Origin: Nitrospirota bacterium
GTDB lineage: Bacteria; Nitrospirota; Thermodesulfovibrionia; Thermodesulfovibrionales; UBA9159
DNA length: 64,000 nt
Reading direction: 5' to 3'
NCBI GenBank assembly: GCA_963699545.1
Contig: CAVOUE010000003.1
Coordinates: 256,001 to 320,000 of the forward strand
Below the pieces are notes generated by a model, which saw only the letters and a program-made list of their open reading frames with translations, did no database searches and was not told the DNA's origin. This document shows, one piece after another, positions 34,010 to 43,101 of the stretch. How positions within the stretch are numbered: the stretch's first letter is position 1; every line of letters starts with the position of its first letter. The position numbers and the translations under genes were made by a program.

Positions 34010-34273
34010 TTATGGGTTGTCATCCTTTCTCTTCCGCTCCTTCTTCTTTCCTGCCAAATGGGCCTCCAAAGGCCTCCATCCGAAAGAGACCAGATCGCCT
34101 GCCAGGCCGGCCATCCCTTCCAGAGCCTTCTTTCCTATCATTGCGACCACTGTTCCGATCGCTATGAACGGCAGCGCGATGACATACAGCAGTCCCGCAA
34201 AAGGTGCCACGACCAGGTTCCAGTACACGTTCTCGCTTACCTTATGTCTTGCCTCTGCTGTCATTTCCTTCAC
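34010..34273 (-). CDS. Small membrane protein paralogous to the C-terminus of 33568..33960
   Basis: APFAGLLYVIALPF..FGWRPLEAHLAGKKK. Confidence 0.7.
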   Translation of the reverse strand: MKEMTAEARHKVSENVYWNLVVAPFAGLLYVIALPFIAIGTVVAMIGKKALEGMAGLAGDLVSFGWRPLEAHLAGKKKERKRKDDNP

Positions 34274-34633
34274 CCCCTTTTCTCTTTTTCTGTCTTCCTG
34301 ATCCTATTTAATCACAAAGCAAGGGGGAATATAATTGGAAGAAGTTCCTATTTTCGTGGGAAACTTGTAGTACTTGGGATGGGGAAACACCGTAAGACGA
34401 ACTTTCAAGGCGCGAAGGCGCGGGTACGGTGCTGTGTGAACTTGACAAAGCGGAAGCAAAGGGTATGGTCCTCTTATATGTCCCCCTGGAGCGTCAGGCC
34501 CGCCGTCTGCGTTTTCTCGAATTCACGGCGGGCTGCGCCTTCATACCCCGGTTTCCCCTGCTCATAACGTCGTTTGGGTATCGCATACGTTTCAGTATGA
34601 ACTTTTTCGGGTTCCGGCACTTCACCTGCGATA

Positions 34634-35455
34634 TTACTTGAGCATCGGGATCTTTTCTGCCATACCTATCTTTCCATGCTCTATCCTTGTGTGGCACCAC
34701 AGGCAGTCTATCTGCTTCTGCGCCACATGCTTCTCATGCACGAATTTCACATCACTGTACACTTCCGCCCTTTCCACATGGCAGAAATAGCATTTGTCTT
34801 TGGGAGTAACGCCGTCACCTTTCGTCACTTCCGTGTGGCACTGAGCGCATGTGTAACCTGCCTTGAGGGCGTCGTCGTGAGAAAACGTTCTGCCCATAAC
34901 CATGATCGGCTGTTTTGGCGAAGAATGACACGAAGGACAACCCGAAAATGCCTGGGCATGAGAGGCCCCCTTGAAATGACAGAGGAAACAGACATTCATA
35001 GAGACCTTCACATGCGATCCTTGAACTATGTCCGAATGACAGCTTCTGCAGTGAAGTTTTATCCCCCGCTTCATGTCTGCAAAATGAGTCTTATGGTCAA
35101 AGGTTATGCCCCGTTTTGTAAAGGTGACTTTTGACTCCACAAGCCTTTTGTCATGACATCCGGACTGCAGGCAATTCTTGTCAGGGACATTGGTGAGAGG
35201 ACGAGGATTGTATGCTCCGGCCAGGAACATAAATTGCCCGACAAGCGCCCTGGTCGGTGAATAATCATGGCATTTCAGGCAAGGGACCTTGTTGTGAGTG
35301 GAGGTCTCCCATTGTTTATAGTACGGAGTGATGAAATGGCACACCTTACAATTCTTTGGAGAAGGGAAAACAACGGTCAAAGCATAAATATATATTCCTC
35401 CCATTATCACTGCAAAGACCAACGCAAGCAGAATGATTTTCTTACTCATGACCAC
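34634..35455 (-). CDS. Membrane-anchored nine-heme c-type cytochrome (NapC/NirT-like N-terminus)
   Basis: Eight CxxCH (CKVCH, CLKCH, CRSCH, CFLCH, CPSCH, CAQCH, CYFCH, CLWCH) plus CLQSGCH; N-terminal TM. Confidence 0.9.
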   Translation of the reverse strand: MVMSKKIILLALVFAVIMGGIYIYALTVVFPSPKNCKVCHFITPYYKQWETSTHNKVPCLKCHDYSPTRALVGQFMFLAGAYNPRPLTNVPDKNCLQSGCHDKRLVESKVTFTKRGITFDHKTHFADMKRGIKLHCRSCHSDIVQGSHVKVSMNVCFLCHFKGASHAQAFSGCPSCHSSPKQPIMVMGRTFSHDDALKAGYTCAQCHTEVTKGDGVTPKDKCYFCHVERAEVYSDVKFVHEKHVAQKQIDCLWCHTRIEHGKIGMAEKIPMLK

Positions 35456-35519
35456 CTCTTTCCGTAATACCCATGATTATCCTCCTGTTTTCAGATTTTC
35501 TTGTTCTCCGAGCGAAACT

Positions 35520-35863
35520 CTATTGAGTCCTGGTTGGTGGTGACGCGTCCTCGGAAGGCACCTCCTTCTTTGCTGCACGTGCGAGCGCCTCCAGCGCATA
35601 GCCGATCATGGTCCCGAAGATCGCACCGACAATGATGGTGACCGATCCCACACACGTGATGCCGACCACAATTCCAAAGGCCGTTACAATCCTCACCAGC
35701 GCCGTTGCCTGAAGAGGCCCTCCAAAGAGATGATTCAGGAGAACCAGCGTGCCATAACTGCCGAAGTAGAACCCCGGGATTATGCCGAATGCCAGAAACA
35801 CGATCCCCCAAGAACCGCCCCTACCTTTGTCCCCATTCTCAGCATCTCTGTTTTCGCTTTCAT
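35520..35863 (-). CDS. Small Gly-rich membrane protein, frameshift in G run ~35807
   Basis: AAGGAGG, ATG 35863 MKAKTEMLRMGTKVGAVLG(G) joins IVFLAFGIIPGFYFGSYG if one G is restored. Confidence 0.7.
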
Positions 35864-35897
35864 TGTATTGCCCTCCTTCAGGTTTCTCACCACGGTA

Positions 35898-36221
35898 TCA
35901 GTATTTGCTGTTCGCCCCTGCCTCCACGGCATGTCTGGCCTTCAAGGAACCGAACGTATATCCTGCAAGCCAGCCCGCCGATGCGGAGCCTGCGATGAAG
36001 ATAACAGCCGATACAAGGACTCCCACGAGCATTGACATGCCCACGAGCAGTCTCGGCATGAGCGCCGAGCTGACCGGATGACCGAACAGGCTGCCCGCCA
36101 TATTAAGGCCTATCACCCCACCGAGCAATGAGCCCGGCAGCAGACCCGCCACCGCAAAAAGGACCAGACCCGCGCCTACCCCTATGTAAGCCATCTTTTT
36201 TGCTGTCTCTCTTGTTTTCAT
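35898..36221 (-). CDS. Small Gly-rich membrane protein (paralog of 35520..35863)
   Basis: YIGVGAGLVLFAVAGLLPGSLLGG; AGGAGG Shine-Dalgarno. Confidence 0.75.
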   Translation of the reverse strand: MKTRETAKKMAYIGVGAGLVLFAVAGLLPGSLLGGVIGLNMAGSLFGHPVSSALMPRLLVGMSMLVGVLVSAVIFIAGSASAGWLAGYTFGSLKARHAVEAGANSKY

Positions 36222-36260
36222 CTTCCTATCCTCCTTTCTTTGTCTTCATGAATATGATTA

Positions 36261-36275
36261 ACAAGTTCCATGCCA
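36261..36275 (-). promoter_or_regulatory. Sigma54 (-24/-12) promoter
   Basis: TGGCAT-GGAAC-TTGT on the minus strand, 40 nt upstream of ATG 36221 (GT rather than GC at -12). Confidence 0.65.
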
Positions 36276-36448
36276 TTTGTAATGCCCCGGTTTTAAAAGA
36301 TACTCCTGCATGTTGTTCTTGCAGTACTGAGAAAACGTACCTCCTCTTTCTGCAATTGTGCAAAAAACAGGGCTTAGGAAAAGCAGCATGCTCCTTGGTA
36401 CATCTGCGGTGACGGTTCTTATCGGCAGGGAAGGGTGAGGGAGGATGC

Positions 36449-36841
36449 TCACTCGGGACGGTCAGGAATTGATCCCTTTTCTCCTTCCTCTCCGTCGCCC
36501 TCTTCGATGCTGAGATGGAATTTATGAAGGAAGCGATGGTAGAAGGGCGCAAAGAGGACCGCAACGAAGGTGAGAAAGGAGATGCCGCTGAACAGGGCAT
36601 ACAAGGCCGAAAAGATCTTGGCCTTGTTCGTTTCAAGGTGATCGACAGGCCCCATGCCGGTGAGGATCATGCACGCGTTCAGGAAAGCATCGATCCATGA
36701 AAGGTTCCCCCAGTAGTGGTACCCTGCTGTGCCGGCACCGACAGAAAAGGCCAAGATCAGCAGGGAGAAGCTGACATACCGCGCCTGACGCGCAATGAAT
36801 TCCCTGCGGCTGAGCAGCGGTTTCCCATGATGTTCGAACAT
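36449..36841 (-). CDS. Small 2-TM ion-channel-like membrane protein
   Basis: TM, WIDAFLNACMILTGMGP pore-like loop, TM. Confidence 0.7.
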   Translation of the reverse strand: MFEHHGKPLLSRREFIARQARYVSFSLLILAFSVGAGTAGYHYWGNLSWIDAFLNACMILTGMGPVDHLETNKAKIFSALYALFSGISFLTFVAVLFAPFYHRFLHKFHLSIEEGDGEEGEKGSIPDRPE

Positions 36842-36854
36842 GTCTTCCCTCCCT

Positions 36855-38219
36855 CTATTTCGGCAGGATGAAATAGAAATTATTCCCGTACTGGGTGGCT
36901 TCGTATCCCACAATGCCGCCGTGGATCTCCACCGCGTTCCTTATGAAAGCGAGCCCGTGTCCGGTGCCGGGTCTGTTCGCGACGTTGCTCCCCCGGTATT
37001 CGTCTTCAAATACCCGCTCCCGTTCCTCAGCGGGGATATGCTGCCCGGTGCTGAACACATTGTATTTGATCCCGTCCTGTCCGGGCCCGAAGCAATCCCT
37101 GATGACCTCACGGCCATAGGAGATATACTTCTTCCGCTCACCGGATTCCGTGACGACCTCCTGGGCATACTTCAGGGAGTTGGAAAAGAGATTGGCGTAC
37201 ACCTGGGCCATGAGGCCTACGTCCACAACGCTGATCACCTCTTCATCGGGTATTCCGCTCAAACGGTCATCCACTGCGATCCCCATGTCCCTGAACTGTC
37301 CGGAAAAGCGCTCCAGCTGCGGCTCCACCACATCTTTTTTCATATTGCACGGTTTCTTCCGAAGGGTGAGGCGTCCCTTGTCAAAATGGCTCCTGCGGAA
37401 GAGGGTCTCGAGGAAGAGACTCATGTTCTGGTAATGCTTTTCGATGTTCTCCATCTCTTCCAGGAGCCCCTGATTCACCTCGGTCAGTTCAGCCAGGATA
37501 TGCTCCAGCGAGAGGCCCTCCCCGGGTTCCCCGGCGGCGCACCTGGTCAGGAGCTTTTCCAATTCGCGGTTCTTGACGACCTTCTTCCTCAGATGTTTCA
37601 GGTAGAGCTTATACACCATGTTGGGAGCGATGATGTTGTGTTCGATGTCCGCCACAAGCGTCCTGATGAACCTCAGGTGCTCAATGTTCTTCTCAAAGAG
37701 AAAGCGGTTGTGGATATTGAATCCGATGCGGTTGGCGTACTTCTCAAAGAAGAGCTCGGTGTGGGGACTCTTGTCCCTCACCGGATAGACCTCCAGGAGT
37801 CCGAGGACATCATCCTGGGTCTTGAAGGGGAGCTGGTCGATGAGGAGTTTCTTTCCCCGGAGCGTGAGCACCAGGCTGTCATACCATGTGTAAAAGGGAT
37901 GTTCGGCGGGCCTCACGTCTTCGGGCGGGGAAGTGTGCAGCCCCTTTTCAGGGTCTTCCGTCTTTGCCACGAGGGAAAGGTCACCGTGTTTCGGGTCAAT
38001 GAGATAGAGCCGCGCCTCGAGGTTGAAGAATCCCTTTGGGATCGCGACGCACATCAGGTAAAAATCACCGGTGCTGTCGAATTCCTGGGCAAGGTCGAAA
38101 AAGGTCTTGAAGGCGTCATTCTCCGCCTGCGTGAAGTCATACCCGGTATAATCGGCCTTCTTGTTCTCGATCCGGTGCAGGATGTAGTCAAGTGTAGCCA
38201 TTTCTTCCTTAGCGCTCAA
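36855..38219 (-). CDS. Cytoplasmic sensor histidine kinase, atypical H-box
   Basis: ADIEHNIIAP, QVYANLFSNSLKY, GTGHGLAF, HGG; no TM; start 38219 (TTG) or 38201. Confidence 0.8.
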   Translation of the reverse strand: MSAKEEMATLDYILHRIENKKADYTGYDFTQAENDAFKTFFDLAQEFDSTGDFYLMCVAIPKGFFNLEARLYLIDPKHGDLSLVAKTEDPEKGLHTSPPEDVRPAEHPFYTWYDSLVLTLRGKKLLIDQLPFKTQDDVLGLLEVYPVRDKSPHTELFFEKYANRIGFNIHNRFLFEKNIEHLRFIRTLVADIEHNIIAPNMVYKLYLKHLRKKVVKNRELEKLLTRCAAGEPGEGLSLEHILAELTEVNQGLLEEMENIEKHYQNMSLFLETLFRRSHFDKGRLTLRKKPCNMKKDVVEPQLERFSGQFRDMGIAVDDRLSGIPDEEVISVVDVGLMAQVYANLFSNSLKYAQEVVTESGERKKYISYGREVIRDCFGPGQDGIKYNVFSTGQHIPAEERERVFEDEYRGSNVANRPGTGHGLAFIRNAVEIHGGIVGYEATQYGNNFYFILPK

Positions 38220-38306
38220 CCGATATGAAAGGATTGGAAACTCCTTTCATTATACCAGAACTCCTTCAGAGGGAAAGGGATGAACCGCACCGTCTCTACG
38301 GACGGT

Positions 38307-39152
38307 TCACAGGAGCCTGTTCAATGTCCGGATTAATGCCTCGGCCACCCGCGCCATGAACTCAGGGGACAGGCTCTCCGACATGTCATGGGGAGTATGA
38401 TAGTTGGGGTTACGGAACATGGCGGTATCGGTTATCATGACCGCGGGATACCCCGCATCCCAGAACGGGGCGTGGTCGCTGGACCTCGTTTCGGGAAGCA
38501 GAAACCCCCTCAGGGGAAACGTGTAGGTCACCACGTTGAGCCCGGTCGCCAGGCTTGCGGCTTCTTCCGTGAACGCCGCCATTATGCCTTCCGCCTTCCT
38601 GTTGCCCACCACCCCTATAAAATCTCCCACCCTCGGAGCTTTCACAAAGGGCGGCAACACCTGGCTTTCCGGCTTATTGCTGACGTATCCCACAGACTCC
38701 AGGATAAACACCGCCCCATACCGATGCCCCAGGCTCTTCATTTTCTTTACAAAATGCCTTGACCCGATGAGGAATGAAAAGGTGCCAACCTGGGGCTCTT
38801 CCAGGGTAAAGGCAACATGTTTCAGTCCTTCCCGCGGACCGAGAACCCTTGCGGCCTCGAGCATGACCGCGACTCCCGATGCATTGTCATCGGCCCCGGG
38901 ACTCTCCGTGACGGCATCATAATGGGCGCCGACTAGTATCCACTCACTGCGGTCTTGTACTCCCGAGGGTGTTGCCACGATATTCCAGTGGAGCCTTCCG
39001 TCGAGCCGGAATTCATCCCTCTCAACGGTAAAGCCGTATGAGGCAAACTCCTTTTCGATGTATTCCGCCCTTTTTACGAGTTCGTCGTATTGATTATGGC
39101 CGTCCCGCAGGCCCTCAATTTTCCTCACTGTATCAAGTATCCTGTCTTTCAT
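38307..39152 (-). CDS. Peptidase M28 family
   Basis: VGAHYD, PGADDNASG, EEP, SDHAPFW, YHTPHD. Confidence 0.92.
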   Translation of the reverse strand: MKDRILDTVRKIEGLRDGHNQYDELVKRAEYIEKEFASYGFTVERDEFRLDGRLHWNIVATPSGVQDRSEWILVGAHYDAVTESPGADDNASGVAVMLEAARVLGPREGLKHVAFTLEEPQVGTFSFLIGSRHFVKKMKSLGHRYGAVFILESVGYVSNKPESQVLPPFVKAPRVGDFIGVVGNRKAEGIMAAFTEEAASLATGLNVVTYTFPLRGFLLPETRSSDHAPFWDAGYPAVMITDTAMFRNPNYHTPHDMSESLSPEFMARVAEALIRTLNRLL

Positions 39153-39184
39153 GGTTTATCTTACCAAAAATGGTAAACTGACAA

Positions 39185-40120
39185 ATGCCTGACCTCCTCC
39201 TTTCCTTTGGCTGCATCATACTTGCGGGCGTCGGGGTAAGACGGCTGTCCCTGGGCCTGGACGCCGGTACCCTGCGACAGGCGATCAATGCTTCTGTGTT
39301 CAACATCTTCCTCCCGGCCTTATGCATCAAGATCGTCTATAACGCTGCTCTTGACAGCGAGACCCTCCTTGTCCCTGCCACCGCATGGATCACGACCATT
39401 TCAGGCCTGTTGATCTCCGTTGCTGTCTATAGCCTGACTCAGAGGATGCTCCGCATCACGCCGGCGGAGAAGGGAGTGCTGGTCCTTGCCGCGGCCTTCG
39501 GCAATGTGATGTACCTCGGACTGCCGGTCCTCACGGGATTGTACGGATATGAGGCGGCAAAATACGCGCTCTTTTACGACCTTCTCGCCACAACCCCGCT
39601 GGTCTGGCTTGCAGGAGCTTCCCTGGCATCAAGGTACGGGGAGGGAAAGGAATTCCGGATAGGGGAATCGCTGAAGACCCTGGCATCGTTGCCGCCGGTG
39701 TGGGGCATCGTTGGAGGGATGCTCCTGAAGTTCGCCCATGTTCCGCTCCCTGCCTTTGTCCTGAAGGCCCTCGGAATGTTCGGCGACCTTGTGGTGCCTC
39801 TCATGATCTTCACCATCGGACTTGCCCTGACCCTCCCCGGGGTAAAGCATGCCTATGCGATCGTCCCTGCGGTGCTCATCAAGCTCCTTGTTGTCCCTCT
39901 CATCTCCGGCGCCACAGCGTTCCTCCTCGGCATAAAAGGCACGGCCCTCGCCTCGTGCCTTATCGAAGGGGCCATGCCCGCCATGGTGCTCACACTCGTC
40001 ATGGCGTCACGCTTCAAACTCGATGAATCCCTGGCGGCCTTCGTCATCGTGGTAACCACGGTCATATCTTTTGTCACCTTGCCCCTCACCATTCATCTGG
40101 CGGGTTTACTCATCCGTTGA
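39185..40120 (+). CDS. AEC-family transporter
   Basis: FGNVMYLGLP, PPVWG, AMPA; about 10 TMs. Confidence 0.88.
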   Translation: MPDLLLSFGCIILAGVGVRRLSLGLDAGTLRQAINASVFNIFLPALCIKIVYNAALDSETLLVPATAWITTISGLLISVAVYSLTQRMLRITPAEKGVLVLAAAFGNVMYLGLPVLTGLYGYEAAKYALFYDLLATTPLVWLAGASLASRYGEGKEFRIGESLKTLASLPPVWGIVGGMLLKFAHVPLPAFVLKALGMFGDLVVPLMIFTIGLALTLPGVKHAYAIVPAVLIKLLVVPLISGATAFLLGIKGTALASCLIEGAMPAMVLTLVMASRFKLDESLAAFVIVVTTVISFVTLPLTIHLAGLLIR

Positions 40121-40563
40121 TCCCAGGACCCCTCCGCCCGGACAATGAGCCATTTCGTGCGTTCTTTGTCAAGGGTGAATCTCAGGGGGAAGGGCGTCTT
40201 GATATCCCCAATGATGTATCCTGTCTCATTCCCGGAGGTTGCGACAACACGTACATCCAGTTCAGCCACGGCCGTATTGTCCGAGACCCGGATCTTCAGG
40301 TCCCCGTATTCAACGCCTATGTCCGAAAGCTGCTGGAACTCCCGCTTCAGTGTTTCCTTAAGAGAAAGGTATGTCATGCCGTGATCATCCCGGTAGTTGA
40401 ATGACACCTTTGCCATGACCCCGTCGAGGTCTCCGGATTCCACGGCCGCCGCTCCCTCTTTGAAAAGCTTCCTGATCCTGCTTTCATCGGAAGGCCAGAG
40501 CAGATAGGCGGCGATGATCATGACCAGGAGTGAAAACAGCGAGATTATCCTTTTTTTATTCAT
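40093..40563 (-). CDS. Membrane-anchored NTF2/SnoaL-like hypothetical protein
   Basis: N-terminal TM, AVESGDLDGVM..YRDDHG..WLIVRAE pattern. Confidence 0.65.
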   Translation of the reverse strand: MNKKRIISLFSLLVMIIAAYLLWPSDESRIRKLFKEGAAAVESGDLDGVMAKVSFNYRDDHGMTYLSLKETLKREFQQLSDIGVEYGDLKIRVSDNTAVAELDVRVVATSGNETGYIIGDIKTPFPLRFTLDKERTKWLIVRAEGSWDQRMSKPAR

Positions 40564-40684
40564 GCCACGCACCTCAAGACCAATCTTATCACAGAAGCGG
40601 TCACCGGAGAAGTGCGAAAGGGAAGCCCTCAGTGTGCACGTTGCGGGAAAGGGGTGCTTGCGGTACAATAACTCTGGGAATGCC

Positions 40685-41473
40685 ATGTACCTTTCTGTTT
40701 TTCAGAGGATCAGGGAGAGACTTCTCGCGAGGGTATCGGAGACGCGCTCCGGACCGATGACGCGGAAGGCGCTGGGTATCGGCGCAGGAGGGGACAGGAC
40801 CTTCCCCGTTGACAGAATGGCGGAAGACCTCATCATCTCCGAGCTTGAGTCCTCCGGTCTTCCTTTGTCCATCATTTCCGAGGAGTACGGCCGGAAGGAA
40901 ATAAACGGGGGGGGCCGCACCGTTCTGATCGATCCGATCGATGGAAGCAAGAACGCGGTCTCGGGTATCCCGTTCTATTGCACTTCCATCGCTGTCGCCG
41001 AGGGAGATACCATCGGCAGCATCGCGGTTGCCTATGTGGTGAACCTCATCAACGGCGATGAATTCCGGGCGGAAAAGGGAAAAGGTGCTTTCCTGAACAA
41101 TGAAAGGATCGCTCCGCAGAAGGAAGATGAGTTCTTTCTCGTCGCGTACGAGGCCCAGACGCCCGGCAAGGACATCCAGCGCATCCTCCCTCTCCTTGCG
41201 CTTTCACACAAGACACGGTGTCTCGGCGCAACAGCCCTTGACCTCGCATATCTGGCCTGCGGCGCTGTCAGCGTATTCGTAAGCCCTTCCCCTTCCCGGA
41301 GCTTCGATTTCGGCGCAGGATGGCTCCTTGCACAAGAGGCAGGGGCGGTATGCACCGATATGGACGGCAGAGCTCTTAATGCCGTTGAGCTGGGCCTTAA
41401 GAAAAGCGCGCCTCTCCTTGCGGCCGCGAACCGGTCGCTCCATGACAGGGCGCTGCAGGTCCTGAACGGATGA
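40685..41473 (+). CDS. Inositol monophosphatase / class IV fructose-1,6-bisphosphatase family
   Basis: GAGGDRTFPVD, ISEE, IDPIDGS, RSFDFGAG. Confidence 0.85.
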   Translation: MYLSVFQRIRERLLARVSETRSGPMTRKALGIGAGGDRTFPVDRMAEDLIISELESSGLPLSIISEEYGRKEINGGGRTVLIDPIDGSKNAVSGIPFYCTSIAVAEGDTIGSIAVAYVVNLINGDEFRAEKGKGAFLNNERIAPQKEDEFFLVAYEAQTPGKDIQRILPLLALSHKTRCLGATALDLAYLACGAVSVFVSPSPSRSFDFGAGWLLAQEAGAVCTDMDGRALNAVELGLKKSAPLLAAANRSLHDRALQVLNG

Positions 41474-42381
41474 TCAGAGATCCCGGATCGCAGAGGGGTA
41501 ATCCTGTCTCGCGCCCGGGGGTGAGAATTTTCCCCTGGACCTTTGTCCTCTTGTTCGCTCTTTCGAATCCGGATGCGTTCGCCGCAGAGCTCATCCAGAA
41601 GACCGTCGAGTACAGGATGGTCCTGGGTGACTACGGGGTGCTCATATCAGGCAAACTGGGCATGGACTGGTCGCTCATCGCAAAGGAAAATGGATTTGGT
41701 CCGGATGCCCCCCTGCCGGCGGGGCATGTGCTGAAAGTGAAATTCACGAGGATCGTCCCTGAAGAAATGGACAATGGCATCATCATCAATATTCCGGACC
41801 GGACGCTCTATCGCTTTGAGGGGGGACGCCTCAAGGATTACTACTTCATCGCAGCCGGAAAACCGACATGGCAGACTCCGTTGGGCGACTTTGTCATTAA
41901 AGCCAAGGCAAAAGACCCCACATGGTATGTCCCCTCTTCGATCCAGAAGGAGATGGAGGAGGGAGGCAAGGACGTCCTTGTGGAAGTGCCGCCCGGAGCG
42001 GAAAACCCCCTTGGGAAATACTGGCTCCAGCTCTCGATAAAGGGAGTCGGCCTCCACGGTACCAATGCGCCCCAGAGCATCTATAAGTTCAGGAGTCACG
42101 GCTGCATGCGGCTCATGCCTGAAGTTGCGGAACTCCTCTTCAGGGAGGTGCCTGTGGGCACGCCGGGCAGGATCATTTACAGGCCGGTGAAGGTGGTAAA
42201 GACACAGGGCGGAAAAGTGTACCTTGAGGTTTATAAGGATTTCTATAGAATGGGTATTAAGTACCCTGAAGAGGTAAAACGGCTGCTCAGGGATATAAAT
42301 GCGCTCAGTGACGTGGACTGGAAGAGGGTGGAGGAGGGGATCAAGGCGAGGGACGGTATCGTAAGGGATGTCACGAAATAG
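41470..42381 (+). CDS. L,D-transpeptidase (YkuD) with LysM-like N-terminus
   Basis: IIINIPDRTLY, DPTWYVP, NPLG, LHGTN..SHGCMRL. Confidence 0.9.
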   Translation: MIRDPGSQRGNPVSRPGVRIFPWTFVLLFALSNPDAFAAELIQKTVEYRMVLGDYGVLISGKLGMDWSLIAKENGFGPDAPLPAGHVLKVKFTRIVPEEMDNGIIINIPDRTLYRFEGGRLKDYYFIAAGKPTWQTPLGDFVIKAKAKDPTWYVPSSIQKEMEEGGKDVLVEVPPGAENPLGKYWLQLSIKGVGLHGTNAPQSIYKFRSHGCMRLMPEVAELLFREVPVGTPGRIIYRPVKVVKTQGGKVYLEVYKDFYRMGIKYPEEVKRLLRDINALSDVDWKRVEEGIKARDGIVRDVTK

Positions 42382-43101
42382 AAAGAGAAACGGAGCGGAA
42401 GGCATGGGGCGCGGGGCGAAGGCGTCAGCCGCGCAGATCGTACCCCTCTGGGGACCCGGAATAAAGTATGTCCTCCTGGACATGGACGGGACCCTGCTGG
42501 ACAAGTATTTTGACGACTACTTCTGGGAACACCTCGTCCCGAGACCTACGCGGAAAAGCACGGCATCACCTTTGGAAGGGCAAAGGAAGAACTGATGAAG
42601 AAATACAAACACCATGAGGGGACCCTGAACTGGACAGACATCGATTTCTGGTCCCGGGAACTGGACCTGGATATCCCTGCCCTGAAAGAGCAGATCCGCC
42701 ACCTCATCGAGGTCCACCCCCATGTGGAGGACTTCCTCAGGCTCCTGAAGAGACACAAAAAAAAGGTCTTCATCGTGACCAATGCCCATATCAAGGTCCT
42801 GGACCTGAAGATGAAGAAAACGAACATCGGGAGGTACTTCGATACCTGCATCACCTCCTTCGAGATGGGGTATCCAAAGGAGGACCTCCGGTTCTGGCAG
42901 AAGGCCCAGGAGCGACTGGGGTTCCGGAAGGAAGAAACGCTCTTCATCGATGACACGGAAGAGATACTGAAGACGGCTCATCGTTTCGGAATACGATACG
43001 TCGTCTTCAAGGCGAGGGCCACCTCAAAGAAAACGCCGAAACCGTCAAAGGATTTCCTTACCATAACCGATTTTAACGAGCTCTGCGATGAAGGCATCTG
43101 A
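42368..43101 (+). CDS. HAD hydrolase (YrfG GMP/IMP nucleotidase-like), frameshift ~42540
   Basis: LLDMDGTLLDKYFDDYFW joins GTLNW..VTNAH..KEDLRFW..FIDD. Confidence 0.85.

Noticed and set aside
36840-38228. Long antisense ORFs (36840..38228 +, 19169..20173 +, 60836..61921 +, 1992..2987 -)
   Set aside because: Shadows of well-supported genes on the opposite strand with no recognisable motifs.
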